Shown: positions 45,089-55,334 of the stretch, piece by piece
Numbering within the stretch: position 1 is the stretch's first letter
Layout: each line of letters opens with the position of its first letter
Assembly (NCBI GenBank): GCA_012295275.1
Contig: CM022671.1
Span: 16,802,001 to 16,866,000 of the forward strand
Direction: 5' to 3'
DNA from: Chrysomallon squamiferum
Taxonomy: Eukaryota > Animalia > Mollusca
Length of the DNA stretch: 64,000 nt
Translations under genes and position numbers: made by a program
The notes under the pieces: model-generated
What the model was told of the DNA's origin: nothing
The model's input: the letters and a program-made list of their open reading frames with translations, nothing else
Databases searched by the model: none

Positions 45089-47454
45089 TGTGTGATCCAA
45101 AACCTTTCTAGATTATCAGTTTATCTCCAGACCGAAAGAGGTTGTAATAATAATGATTGAGCAATACATCTCAGAGCAACTAAATAAGAGTAAGACTGAG
45201 TAATGAATATTTATCTTTGTGTATGGGTGAGTGTTTATATTTTGTGTTTGTCATGTATGTGAAGGCATGTGTTGCCAGTGTGTTTCTTTGTGTCTGTATG
45301 TGTATGTGTTTGCTTCAGCGAACACTTGTATATATTTGTACATTTGTAAAGACTAGGGCCAAATTTCTCAAATCAAACATAGTTAAGTTTTCTTTGTTAC
45401 ATTTCTCCTTAACAGTGCCATAATAAAACTTACATGTACAAAATAAATGTTCATATCTGTATCAAGTCACTAACTTTAGTGTGTCTTTTGAAGTGGGGGA
45501 TAGAGATTAAACTTCTAGTAAAATCCCATTCTGGTCAGAGCTCCAAATATAGTTAGTTCATCAAAGACCCTTGATTGTGCTTTTCAGTCTACAGGGAAAC
45601 ATGCATAAAAAAAAGATCCTTTGCTGCTTGTTGAAAAAGAACCATTGTGTGCTTATCTTTATTACCCTTATATATCACCATAGAACACCATATAACTCCA
45701 TATAACTCCACAAAACTCCATACAACACTAAATAACTACATGTTTGGGAGCTTTATATCTGTATTTTCAAGTATCTAGAATATCTATTTAAGTCGTTCAG
45801 ACATATGTTGCCATGCAGTTAGTTATTAGGTTGTGTTTTTACTTAATTTATTCTCAATATAAACTGATTATTCACATGTGTTGTAGGTCAAAATGTATTG
45901 GAAAAAGTGAAACTTTTGAAGGTACATGTTGGAAAACTGACATTTATGTTCTTTTTTTTTGCTGTTTTTTTACATTTAAATTTTGTTATTTGTTATTTAT
46001 TTTATTTCATTTTTTTTATTTTAAAACTGTTACTGAATGACTGTGGGGATCTGTTTAATGCAGAATCTGTAACATAAATATTATTATTCTTTTACATGCA
46101 AGAAAAATACTTCATTTTTTAAAGTATTTATATAAAAGACAATTATGTTAACCTGTATATACAGGTTTTGCTGGTTACTGGTATATTATCCAGAAATTAT
46201 ATTTTATTTTATTATTATTTTTTTTTTTATCTTGAAACTAACATTTATTTTATTGTATTTTGTTTATTTTACATTTGAATTTAATTTGTTATAAATGTAA
46301 ACAGTTAAAGAGAATAAATAAAATAAAAAAATGATAATATTGTCACACATAATGGTTATGGAAATCAATACACTGATTAATGTGTATGTCTCTTTTTCTC
46401 ATTAATGTGCGTGATGGAGAATAGAAACAGAGATACCAATACATATATATATATATATATATATATTAGTTTATAATGATTATAATATCTTTTCAAAACA
46501 AAAGATAATAATATGTGTAAGTATACATATAAATATAAATATTTATTTTTATATATTTTTTTCATTTCATTATTTTTATTTTTATTTTAGATTATAATGT
46601 TTATAATACCTTTTTCAAAATAAAAGATAATAATATATAATGTAAAAGTATATAATAACCTTGATAAGATTTCAGTTATGTCATACTTGTATTCTTGTAC
46701 CCATGTCAAATAGCTACTTCATCAGTGTTTTATGTAGCTCTGTGAACGGTGAAGGGCCCTACAGCTTAAACACTAACAAAATTTCCTATTACCAGTAATG
46801 TTTGTCTGATTCATTTTTCTGAGATGTGTTGAGTGAATGGGGTACTACAGCCTTAAACATTTATAAAATCCTCTTTCTAGTAATGTTCAATTGATTCATC
46901 ATCTGAAACTCTGTTTTGATGCACTTACAGATGATTAATCATCATTTTCATTCTAACCTTTTACTAGAAGACAAAAAGATATAGATACAGCTCTGTAACA
47001 TATTTATTTTATTCTCTGTAATAAAATATATTTTATTCTACAATCTTAAGTATTCATGTTTTTCCTTTTATTTTTTTTAAATTTTATTCTAAAAAAAGAT
47101 ATATAGGTGTTATAACATTTTTATTTTATTATCAAAAATAAAATACATTTTATTATATAATCTTGTATATATATATATATATTTAAATTAATTAAAAAAT
47201 ATAGCTAAAGCTGTCTTAACAGTTTAATTTTATTTTTAAAATAAAATATTTAATTTTTTTACATAATTTTGTTTTATTATTTTTATATTATTTTTTAAAA
47301 TGCAGCTACAGCTGTCTGATATTTTTATTTTATTCTCTCAAATATATTTTATTCTATTTTCTTAAATATTCTTTTTCTTTTCTTTTTTCTTTTACAGGAT
47401 GACGAGAATCCATTCACTTCGGTCCAGTTGCACGAGAAGTTACCTCTCACCTAG
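6385..47454 (+). CDS. ELAPOR1: ELAPOR family protein (KIAA1324/UPF0577; likely co-ortholog of vertebrate ELAPOR1 and ELAPOR2), 22 coding exons, about 990 aa
   Basis: Signal peptide; YEYTECD..GGRWRV; [18 protein letters not shown]; Cys-rich repeats; M6P-receptor-like [15 protein letters not shown]; TM helix; tail [16 protein letters not shown] and LP.AESC. All 21 introns are GT-AG and the phases join into a 2973-nt frame. Confidence 0.95.
8559..8682 (+). CDS. ELAPOR1: ELAPOR exon 2
   Basis: [41 protein letters not shown] | GTAAGT. Confidence 0.92.
9880..11420. repeat. About 110-120 bp degenerate tandem repeat
   Basis: Recurring TTCTTTAATCAGGT..TTAGAT..AATATGATTGTTGAGAATGCTG...ACAAAATATCAATAAAATGAATG. 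Confidence 0.85.
12554..12758 (+). CDS. ELAPOR1: ELAPOR exon 3
   Basis: [43 protein letters not shown]... Confidence 0.93.
19190..19680. repeat. About 24 bp degenerate minisatellite with an embedded direct duplication of about 55 bp
   Basis: CACAGTACACAAACACATTTT..T units; periodic [11 protein letters not shown]. Confidence 0.8.
20253..20400 (+). CDS. ELAPOR1: ELAPOR exon 4
   Basis: [11 protein letters not shown]...[16 protein letters not shown] | GTGAGT. Confidence 0.92.
23084..23173 (+). CDS. ELAPOR1: ELAPOR exon 5
   Basis: [30 protein letters not shown]. Confidence 0.9.
23859..23970 (+). CDS. ELAPOR1: ELAPOR exon 6
   Basis: [16 protein letters not shown]...[10 protein letters not shown]. 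Confidence 0.9.
24511..24660 (+). CDS. ELAPOR1: ELAPOR exon 7
   Basis: [27 protein letters not shown]...QYA. Confidence 0.92.
25300..25388 (+). CDS. ELAPOR1: ELAPOR exon 8
   Basis: [30 protein letters not shown]. Confidence 0.92.
26060..26345 (+). CDS. ELAPOR1: ELAPOR exon 9
   Basis: [15 protein letters not shown]...CPPCNPG...[20 protein letters not shown] | GTACGT. Confidence 0.92.
26285..28364 (+). repeat. Exon-derived tandem array: 21 units of the exon 9 3' end, most with the splice donor, spaced by (GT)n
   Basis: GAGTACAAGTGGTGGATGGACATGCCTCCCAACGTGTCCAGCCGGTGTCTGTCCATGTCAG|GT recurs from 26285 to about 28232. Confidence 0.97.
28610..29265. repeat. 36-38 bp minisatellite, about 18 copies
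   Basis: Unit CACTGTTTAAACACTGTGTTTCAGCTAATTAACTAA. Confidence 0.95.
29443..29660 (+). CDS. ELAPOR1: ELAPOR exon 10
   Basis: [17 protein letters not shown]...[19 protein letters not shown]. Confidence 0.92.
30493..30973. mobile_element. Non-autonomous Tc1/mariner (pogo/Tigger-like) MITE, 481 bp
   Basis: 23-bp terminal inverted repeats CAGTGGTACCTTGACTTACAAGT / ACTTGTAAGTCAAGGTACTACTG (1 mismatch), flanked by TA on both sides; no transposase ORF. Confidence 0.85.
32817..32881 (+). CDS. ELAPOR1: ELAPOR exon 11
   Basis: [21 protein letters not shown]; phase 0 to 2 fits its neighbours. Confidence 0.85.
33348..33530 (+). CDS. ELAPOR1: ELAPOR exon 12
   Basis: LTWAFQ...[23 protein letters not shown]. 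Confidence 0.92.
34162..34380 (+). CDS. ELAPOR1: ELAPOR exon 13
   Basis: [11 protein letters not shown]...CKPCPPNT...CKKCGPG...CESDC...FNFKPL. Confidence 0.92.
34790..35345. repeat. Degenerate AT-rich minisatellite
   Basis: Recurring TGATTCATAAAATGGAAATTATTA. Confidence 0.75.
35410..35536 (+). CDS. ELAPOR1: ELAPOR exon 14
   Basis: [19 protein letters not shown]...CVNNVS. Confidence 0.92.
37175..37415. repeat. About 55 bp tandem repeat, 4-5 copies
   Basis: ATAACATAGACCTATGAAATAATTTATTC..TTTCAATATAAT. Confidence 0.8.
37881..37981 (+). CDS. ELAPOR1: ELAPOR exon 15
   Basis: [33 protein letters not shown]. Confidence 0.88.
37982..40750. repeat. 48 bp minisatellite, roughly 55-58 copies
   Basis: Unit TAACACTCTTTAATACACTGGT(G/T)TAATAC(T/C)GCACTGATATTAATAGTG; produces 16-aa periodic spurious ORFs. 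Confidence 0.95.
41175..41254 (+). CDS. ELAPOR1: ELAPOR exon 16
   Basis: [27 protein letters not shown] (completes QPVSLGDRL). Confidence 0.87.
41773..41812 (+). CDS. ELAPOR1: ELAPOR exon 17 (40 nt)
   Basis: [12 protein letters not shown]; phases 1 and 2 are required to join exons 16 and 18. Confidence 0.85.
42377..42619 (+). CDS. ELAPOR1: ELAPOR exon 18
   Basis: [10 protein letters not shown]...LRCD...[24 protein letters not shown]. Confidence 0.94.
43328..43397 (+). CDS. ELAPOR1: ELAPOR exon 19
   Basis: [23 protein letters not shown] | GTGAGT. Confidence 0.85.
44200..44282 (+). CDS. ELAPOR1: ELAPOR exon 20 (transmembrane helix)
   Basis: [27 protein letters not shown]. Confidence 0.9.
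44817..44994 (+). CDS. ELAPOR1: ELAPOR exon 21 (cytoplasmic tail)
   Basis: [34 protein letters not shown]... Confidence 0.92.
47398..47454 (+). CDS. ELAPOR1: ELAPOR exon 22 (terminal)
   Basis: Long pyrimidine tract + CAG; [21 protein letters not shown]. Confidence 0.82.
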   Translation, partial: DDENPFTSVQLHEKLPLT

Positions 47455-47713
47455 TCAAAAACCTTTCTGTACTATTTTTTTTCATTCTTTTTTTTTTCTT
47501 TATTTATATTTCTTTATTTCTTTCTTTATTTATTTTTTCCAAACACTGCTTTCCAAAATGGGACCAGATTTCAGTTTTACAATCACATTCCATCCATCCA
47601 ATTGGAAGCCATGACGCAAAGTTTATTGATTTTCAGTTTTCCATTGTGATGTTTATATTTAAAAATAAATTAAATTCTAAGTGTTACAGTTAATGCTGAA
47701 AGTACTTTCAGTT

Positions 47714-47749
<36 letters not shown>

Positions 47750-50700
47750 TACAAGAATAATTCATAAAAATGATGCACAAAAAAAACGCCTAGAAAATAA
47801 ATGTGGTAAATTTGTTTTTGAAAGAATTGACAGCATTTTCTTCAAGAATATTAATTTTCAAAAAAAAAAAAAATTATTTATTTAATTTACTTGCAGCTGC
47901 ATATAAATAAAAACAAATAAAGCATGGAATTAATAAAACAAATGACAGGAGTTGATGTGATTTGGTGATATATATTTTTTTCTGAGGTTTTAAATGTAAA
48001 TCTAATAAAGGAGATATTTATGTATGTATACATCAGGATATCATTTTTCTGACAGATCTGTTTAATAAAGGAACGTGATGATGTGTAAATTAACGATTAT
48101 TAAATAAGAGTTCCTTGCAGAAGATAATTATTTTACTACCTGGTTGTGTTGTTGTTTTGTTTTTTTCTAACTTGTTTTGTTTCAGTGTTTGTCAACGACT
48201 ATTTCCACTTTTTTCTGTGATTTTTACATTTATATACATATACCTCTGTTTTAGTTAGTGTTTCTTTTGTTTTTGGAATAATTACCTTTCATAGACGTGT
48301 ATTTCTTTTTGATGTTTTGCATTTAATTCCATTTATGTACCTGTATTTTATTTTATAATATCATATTATTATTATTATTATTATTATTATTAAGACTTTT
48401 TTATTTTTGTTGCTGTTAAACTCATTCCATTTATATAAATATGTTTATTTATTTTTTTAGTTAGATTTTTATTTCCACTAATTAATAATCTATATATCTG
48501 GCATAATTACATGATATTTCTGCTCAGTTTTTACCTCTTTTTTTTAAAAATATTTTTTCTTTTATATGTTTTAGTTTCCTCTTCATAAATATTCTCTCCT
48601 TATTTTTGTATTGTTTTTCATTTGCTTTACACAAAATTTACAGGTGTATGCGCTCATCTCCTAACAAATATATTCTAATATTAAACCACTTCATTTTATT
48701 TATATTATTATACAGTGCAATATTAAGATGTATCACTCACTGGTTGTGCTTTTTTAATACAGGAGTTACTTTCTGTTCTACTCCAGTATAAAAGAATTAA
48801 GCTGAATTTTCAAAGCCTGATTTGATCTTGCACATATATATATATATATATGTAACTTGAAATTTTCAGAAATATTTTTAAAACATTGATGTGAAAGGCT
48901 CTGTAAATTCAGTGCAGTGTTTTGTATTGAGTGGAATAGTTTGATTTCTATTACAGACCTTGATAGACTGTTTTGACAAAAAGCACAAAATGTAAATTTT
49001 TCATTTGTGTTCATGTACAGTTAATTTTACTAACTTTATTTTGTATTTGTATTTTTTTATTTTATTTTGTATTTTATTTTATTTTATTGCTTTGTGTTGT
49101 TGTTGTGGTTTTATAGTGCTTATTATTATTTTTTCTTAGAATCATTTTAATGAGTATAAATTTAAGGGCAGAAAGAGTATTTTGTAGTTTTTCAGTAATG
49201 GAAACAAAAATGTTTTTGGTAATATTTCCTGTTTCAGTTGCACTTGGTTTGAAGCAGTTCATTCACTTTTATTTGTGTGTTTGTGGATTTTGTTATTTTT
49301 TTGTTATTTTCTTTTGAATAAATCATTACTGCCGCATGTTAAACCTCAGTTTGTTGAATATTACTTGGAATGGGTGTTACTGCAGGTTTTGAATAGTAAC
49401 AGAAATAACAACTTTTGCTTTAAAAGCTGTATTCATTAAATAAACTTCAGTTTTCTTCTTTATTAGATCACAATAAGGAGCTTAGATGATTTATTTTGTT
49501 TTTTATTTATTTTTATTTTTTTTGTTACGTATACATGACTTATTACTGCATGGGGTAAGGATCATGTCCAAATTTCTTTTCTTATATAAGTTATTTTTTC
49601 TTCTGCCTCCAGTGTTTATGTTTTCATATTAAAAAAAAAGCAAATAACTTGAATATATTTCAAAATTATTGTTATGTAGTAGCAGTATCTGAAGGTGTCA
49701 CTTTTGGACAATCAGCATTTAACCATGAGTTCAGTGCATGCAGTTTAACATTTTTGTTAAATAGAAGTGATTGAATATATAACTCATTTTTTTTCAGTTT
49801 TCCTTGGAAAGGTTTGTTGTCAAATAGAGTCAGAGTTTGATGTTTTTTTTCACACGTGTCCATTTACGTCTGTTTTTGAAATATTTCTTGCTCTCACTTT
49901 TTTTTGGAAGGGAGTAAGGTTTGTTCAGCGTGTGACAAGTTCAATACTTGATATACAAATGTCTCTCTATTATAAAGTATATTGTCAGTTTTGGAAGAGT
50001 GAAAGAATTGATTTTTTTTCTAATTTTTTTTCTGTATGTTTGAGTTGAAGTTTGTGATTGTTTTTGAAGTTGTTTTTTTTAGTTTCTGGATTTTATTAAC
50101 CATCAGTATTGTATTTATAATCTTTGTTGTGTTTTTATTAATCTCAATGCCTTAATTTACTGCTTTATGTTGTGGAAAAAAATACATATAATTGCCATAT
50201 GTAATCTTTTTTATTATTATTAGTTCAATTTATTTGTTATTTTTATTTATTTATTTATTTTTTTTTTTTTCATTTTATTATTATTATTTTTTGTTTTTAT
50301 ATTTATTAGCTTGAATTACTCAGTTTAAATACAAGTAGAATTATTCTGTTCAAAACTTTAAAAAAAAATTTTTTTTTGAAATCCACAGTTTAAAAATGAT
50401 GTTGATTAATTGAAATCCTCAATTTATACTAATTTTGTCCCAGGAAAAGCAATAAAATTGTTTTCATTTTGAAATCCATGATCCAAATATGTATAAAATT
50501 GTTTTTGGCAAGTTATTATTTGTTTGTTTACTGATTGTAACTGTCAACCTACATTTGACTAATTAATTTTTATTACAGCCAGCATTTTGGCTCTTATCAA
50601 AACATATTGCAGAAACAGTGTATAAATAACTGATGTTGGAGTCTGATGTCAAAAATCAAGGACATATTTATATTGTTATCACTTTTTTTCTTTTTTGTTG

Positions 50701-51484
50701 ACAATATAAAACAAAACCCTGCATGTTCTTTTTCAGTATTATTTTGTCTTTTTGTTATTATTATTTATTTAGTATTTTGTTCTAAATATTTAAAATAAAA
50801 TGATCTGTATTGTAATGTCAAATGATATTTTTCATCTGAAAATGTATTTATGATAATCAATTCATGTTTTGTTCTGTATTGTACTAACATGTTGAAAAAG
50901 TAATAAATATTCTGCATAAATTTAACCACTTCTTTTTTTTACCAGATTTATAATCATCATTATACTTTATTCCTGTTAATATTTTGAGGGTGGGAATTAA
51001 TGATATCGATCACGTTCAAACCATTATGTCATTCTAGTGGAATTCTTAGCAACTGTAAATCAATTTAGAATAATAATTCAAACATATTCAGAAGAATTTC
51101 ATCTGCCTGTTACCTTTCCTTAACTAAAAATATTGCATTTGTAAAACTAATATAAAATGTTTATCTGATTTTAATGTCTTTGTTTGAAAATGGGCCAAAA
51201 TAGATGTTGACCTTTTTTTTTGTTTTTTTTTGTTAACCTAATTCTTCTGATAAACCAGTAAATTTAATGTTTAAAAATGAAATTTATATTTTGCCTTTGT
51301 AAAAAGTAAATGTTACTAATATAAATATGTAAATTTTGTTGCAGTTTTTGGTTTATGGAAAAAACACTACATTTAACCAATTATTAAAGATGATAATTTC
51401 AGTTTAAGAAAACTTGAACATGAAAGTCAAGTAATTTCTCAGAAGATAATTTCAATTATCAAAATATTAACACATAAAAATTAC

Positions 51485-51516
<32 letters not shown>

Positions 51517-52117
51517 AAGATTATTCTGTTGGTTCACTTAGGGAGAAATTACATTGTTCAATATAGTCCATAAATTAAAAAAAAAAAAAAAAAAACCAAC
51601 AAGCAAATGATGTTTCTTGTAAGAACCTACAGGGTATAGTAAAAAAAACTTGCCAAACAGAATGAAAATAAAATTCAACTGTGAACTCAGCCAAAGTATG
51701 TGTGGGTAATTTTCAAATACATAACAAAAGAAAATGTCACGTAAAAAATAACTATTTATTTTCTAAATAAAAAAAAACAACAACAAAACTTGTACTTGTA
51801 CTGAAACATAAATTGATTAAGTGCCAATTCTGCTTTATAATTTATTAATGTAACTGCAGATGTAACCTATTAAAATAAAAAAAATTTGAAAACTAAATAA
51901 AAGAAGGTAATGAACCCCCCCCCATTTTGAAACATGCGGATTGTACAAAAATATAAATTTTGCTGTGTTAATTAAGTTTATTATGCTTAAAATCAGAGGT
52001 GAATAAACTAAGCTGATGCTAAATATAAATGCAAAACTGCTATATAGTGTATTCATTTAAAAATATATTTTGACAAATCAATCTTTTTTTTCTTTTATAT
52101 ATATATATATATAGATA

Positions 52118-52196
52118 TTGAAATTCATCACTAGAATGAATGTGTGTGTATACATATATATGCACACACAATTTCATTCTTAGTGGCGAGTTTCAA
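52118..52196. other. About 79 bp imperfect inverted repeat (hairpin)
   Basis: TTGAAATTCATCACTAGAATGAATGTGTGTGTA pairs with TGCACACACAATTTCATTCTTAGTGGCGAGTTTCAA. Confidence 0.75.
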
Positions 52197-55156
52197 AATG
52201 TTTAAAAGATGAGCAAGGCAACTAACGAGATGGTTTTCCCAAATCAACATTGTCTATTAACACAACCAATTAAAAATAATCTGGTCTACAAAATAAGAAA
52301 AAATACAAAATAAAAAAATTACTTTAAATAAAGAAAAAAAAATCTTTTGTAATCTGTAAGTCAATAATGGCAGTGGCAACACTTTTAAAACATTTTTATT
52401 ATTATTTTTGGTCACATTAACTTTACAGAATTGATGAACACCTAACGACAGTAGATAAAAAAGAGACATTGTTTTAAATATACATTTGTAATTTCTTTCA
52501 TATGTTTGTGTTAAAAGGCACACAGAAATAGAGATGTGTAATCAGGTGTCTGTTAGTAAAAATGTTGACTGATGGCTCTGTAGCTGATCTAATGCATACA
52601 TCACTCATGTTGTGTGGTAACTTCTGGAACATAACCCATGACATGAATTGTTATATTTATCTGGACCGTGTAGAAAAAAAATCAACACAAAATTGAAGAA
52701 AATAAAAAAATTAAATAATAATAATAATAATTATATACATATGAAATTAATAAAAAGAAGAAAATAACACAAACCCCCACCAATCTTTTAACAAAAATAA
52801 TAGTTGAAAACACGTCATTGTAAGAATGATGTTAAAAATATATCACTGTCCGTTATATATTTGTTATAACTCTTGAAAAATAAAACACCAAATCTTGAAA
52901 AATAAAAAAAATAAAAATTTAAATTTCTGCAGGCAACTCTATATCCCCCAAGAAGAATTAAAACAGAATTTTTTTTTTTTTTTTTATTTTTTTTAATTTT
53001 TTATTATTTTTTTTTTTAATATTAAATGATAGATCAAAATTCATATTGGATAGTTAAAACTTCATTTCCTATCCTGATGTAATGCTCACATACAAAATTT
53101 TAACATGATTTTTAGCTACAAAAATAGAAATATATCAGTGTATTATTAATAAAGTTCATCATGCAACTCAAGTGACACAGCACATGCAACAATTTAACAC
53201 TTTCGATGATTTGTGTTAAACTGTTAACACTGCATGTTCTTAAAAATCGGTAATGGATGTGTTGCTGCATGTTTGGAATGTTGTTAACACAAATGAAACA
53301 AAGATATATCCAGATATTGAAACAGAACACCATTTTGTAGCTGAATAATGAAAAACAGAACACATTTTTACACAGCAAACAAAAACAAGTTCTATATTGT
53401 TTCTGAACCAGAACCATCATTTTTGTAAGTAAGTAATGAAAAAACACATTTATACACAAACCAAACATGTTTTATTATGTGTAGTGGTACAAATCACCAT
53501 TTTGTAGTTAAGTAATAAAAATAGAATACACATTTACACACAAACAAAACAAGATGTATCAAGATACTGAAACAGAATACCAGTTATGGTTAACTAATAA
53601 ACTGAACGTTTACACCAGACAATGACACAAATGTCTCCATTTACTTACCAACACAAAAGCGAAATATTAAAATGTTAAAGATGCAAATGTTCTTGCTGCA
53701 TTTGGGTAAGATCAGAAAATAATGTCGGAGTAAGTTGACGAAAAAATTGTTATGTTAAAAAAATTAAAAATATTAAAAACATCTAAATTTCAAGTTCGCA
53801 TTAATTTCTAAATGATTATATCAAATTTAGAAAAACGGTCTACAAAAAGCAGAGAAATTAAGGCTATGAATGGCAACACCTGAAATGTATGTACACAAAC
53901 AGAAAATGCAGCAAGTTATGAAAGAATCAATGTAAAAGCAGCATCACAATGGCCAATTTCAGAGGCACTGTACACTATACAGACAATGAAACAAAATTTT
54001 AATACACACGAATATTTTTAATTTGCTTTTCACTTTTAAAGAATGGCAACAAAATCACTCTTCTGTAAAAAAACAAAAAATAATAATAATAATGATTTTT
54101 TTTTTTTTAAATTGACAAGATTTACAAATTTGCTTTTATTTGATTAAACTTTACTTCACAAGACCTTTCGTAATTTAATAAACCATATTTGAAATATAAT
54201 TTTTGTTGTTATTATACCTTCTCAAATTTCAGAACATGCCACCCTTAAAATGTCTAATCATACTGTAGGCAGTCTGAAATTAATAATATTTAAATTCAAA
54301 CCCAAATAAAGTCATACCAAAATTACAAAAAAATAACCAAATTCCCTTCACAGACAAATTATTAAAAATAGATTAATAAAAAAAAAGTTTCTGTTTTACA
54401 AATAAAAACAGACTGGTCGTCTGCTGTGGGTATTTCTCAAACATTTCCTAAAATTCCAGAAATGACACAAGAAAAATTAAACTAGTAAATCAATTTTAGT
54501 GATCTAACCCCACCCCCTGAAAAATCAGTAAATAAAAAAAAATACATTATAATAATGATTGATTACATGGTATTTTGTAACCACGTATTTTCTGCTAGTT
54601 AACTATTCATGCTATTCCTGTAACATTAAGTTTCTTGTTATCTTTTTCAAAAAATATCTTCAATGCTGGGTTTTCTTAATGCTATGTTTAATTTGCATTT
54701 ATTGATTTTCTCAAAACCTTAATTTATATATTGTCTTTTTCTCAGTTTTATCTCTCATGTTAAATTTTTTTTTTCATTAACGTTCCATTTCTCAGAAATA
54801 CTGTATGCAGAGTTTTCTTCCATTATGTTGTATGTGGTCATTTAATGTTTTTTTTCTTAAATGTTTCATTTCCATACTGATGATTTCCTTGAAACTTTAA
54901 TTTATGTATTATTGTCCTTTTCATGCTAGAATATTTTTCCATTTACTTTTTGCTCTCCCAAAAATATATTCCATGCTGTTTTCTTAAATTTTAACAGATT
55001 TATGTTTAAAATATTTTTTCTGAGTTTTTTTCTTTGAATATTTAACTTTAACTGTTCAGTGATGATGTATGTATATAAAATATTTAACCTCCATGACAAA
55101 AAATATCTGTTAAAATCTTTAATTTCCGTGACGGTACACATTTGTTAAAGAATCTT

Positions 55157-55334
55157 TTAACTTCCGTTTTGAAGGACATATTTCACGTGTCTGATGTTGT
55201 CCAGTAGATTACTTCTGACATTGTGCTGAAGATCGGAGAGTGCTGTGACGCGATCTTCCAGCAGAGAACACAACTCGAAGTTGGAAAGAGAAGATGTCAC
55301 ATCATTCTTACTCTGAGTGGACGGTTTATCTGAC
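55157..55334 (-). CDS. Uncharacterised gene terminal exon 8
   Basis: SDKPSTQ...FELCSLLEDRVTALSDLQHNVRSNLLDNIRHVKYVLQNGS-TAA. Confidence 0.72.
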
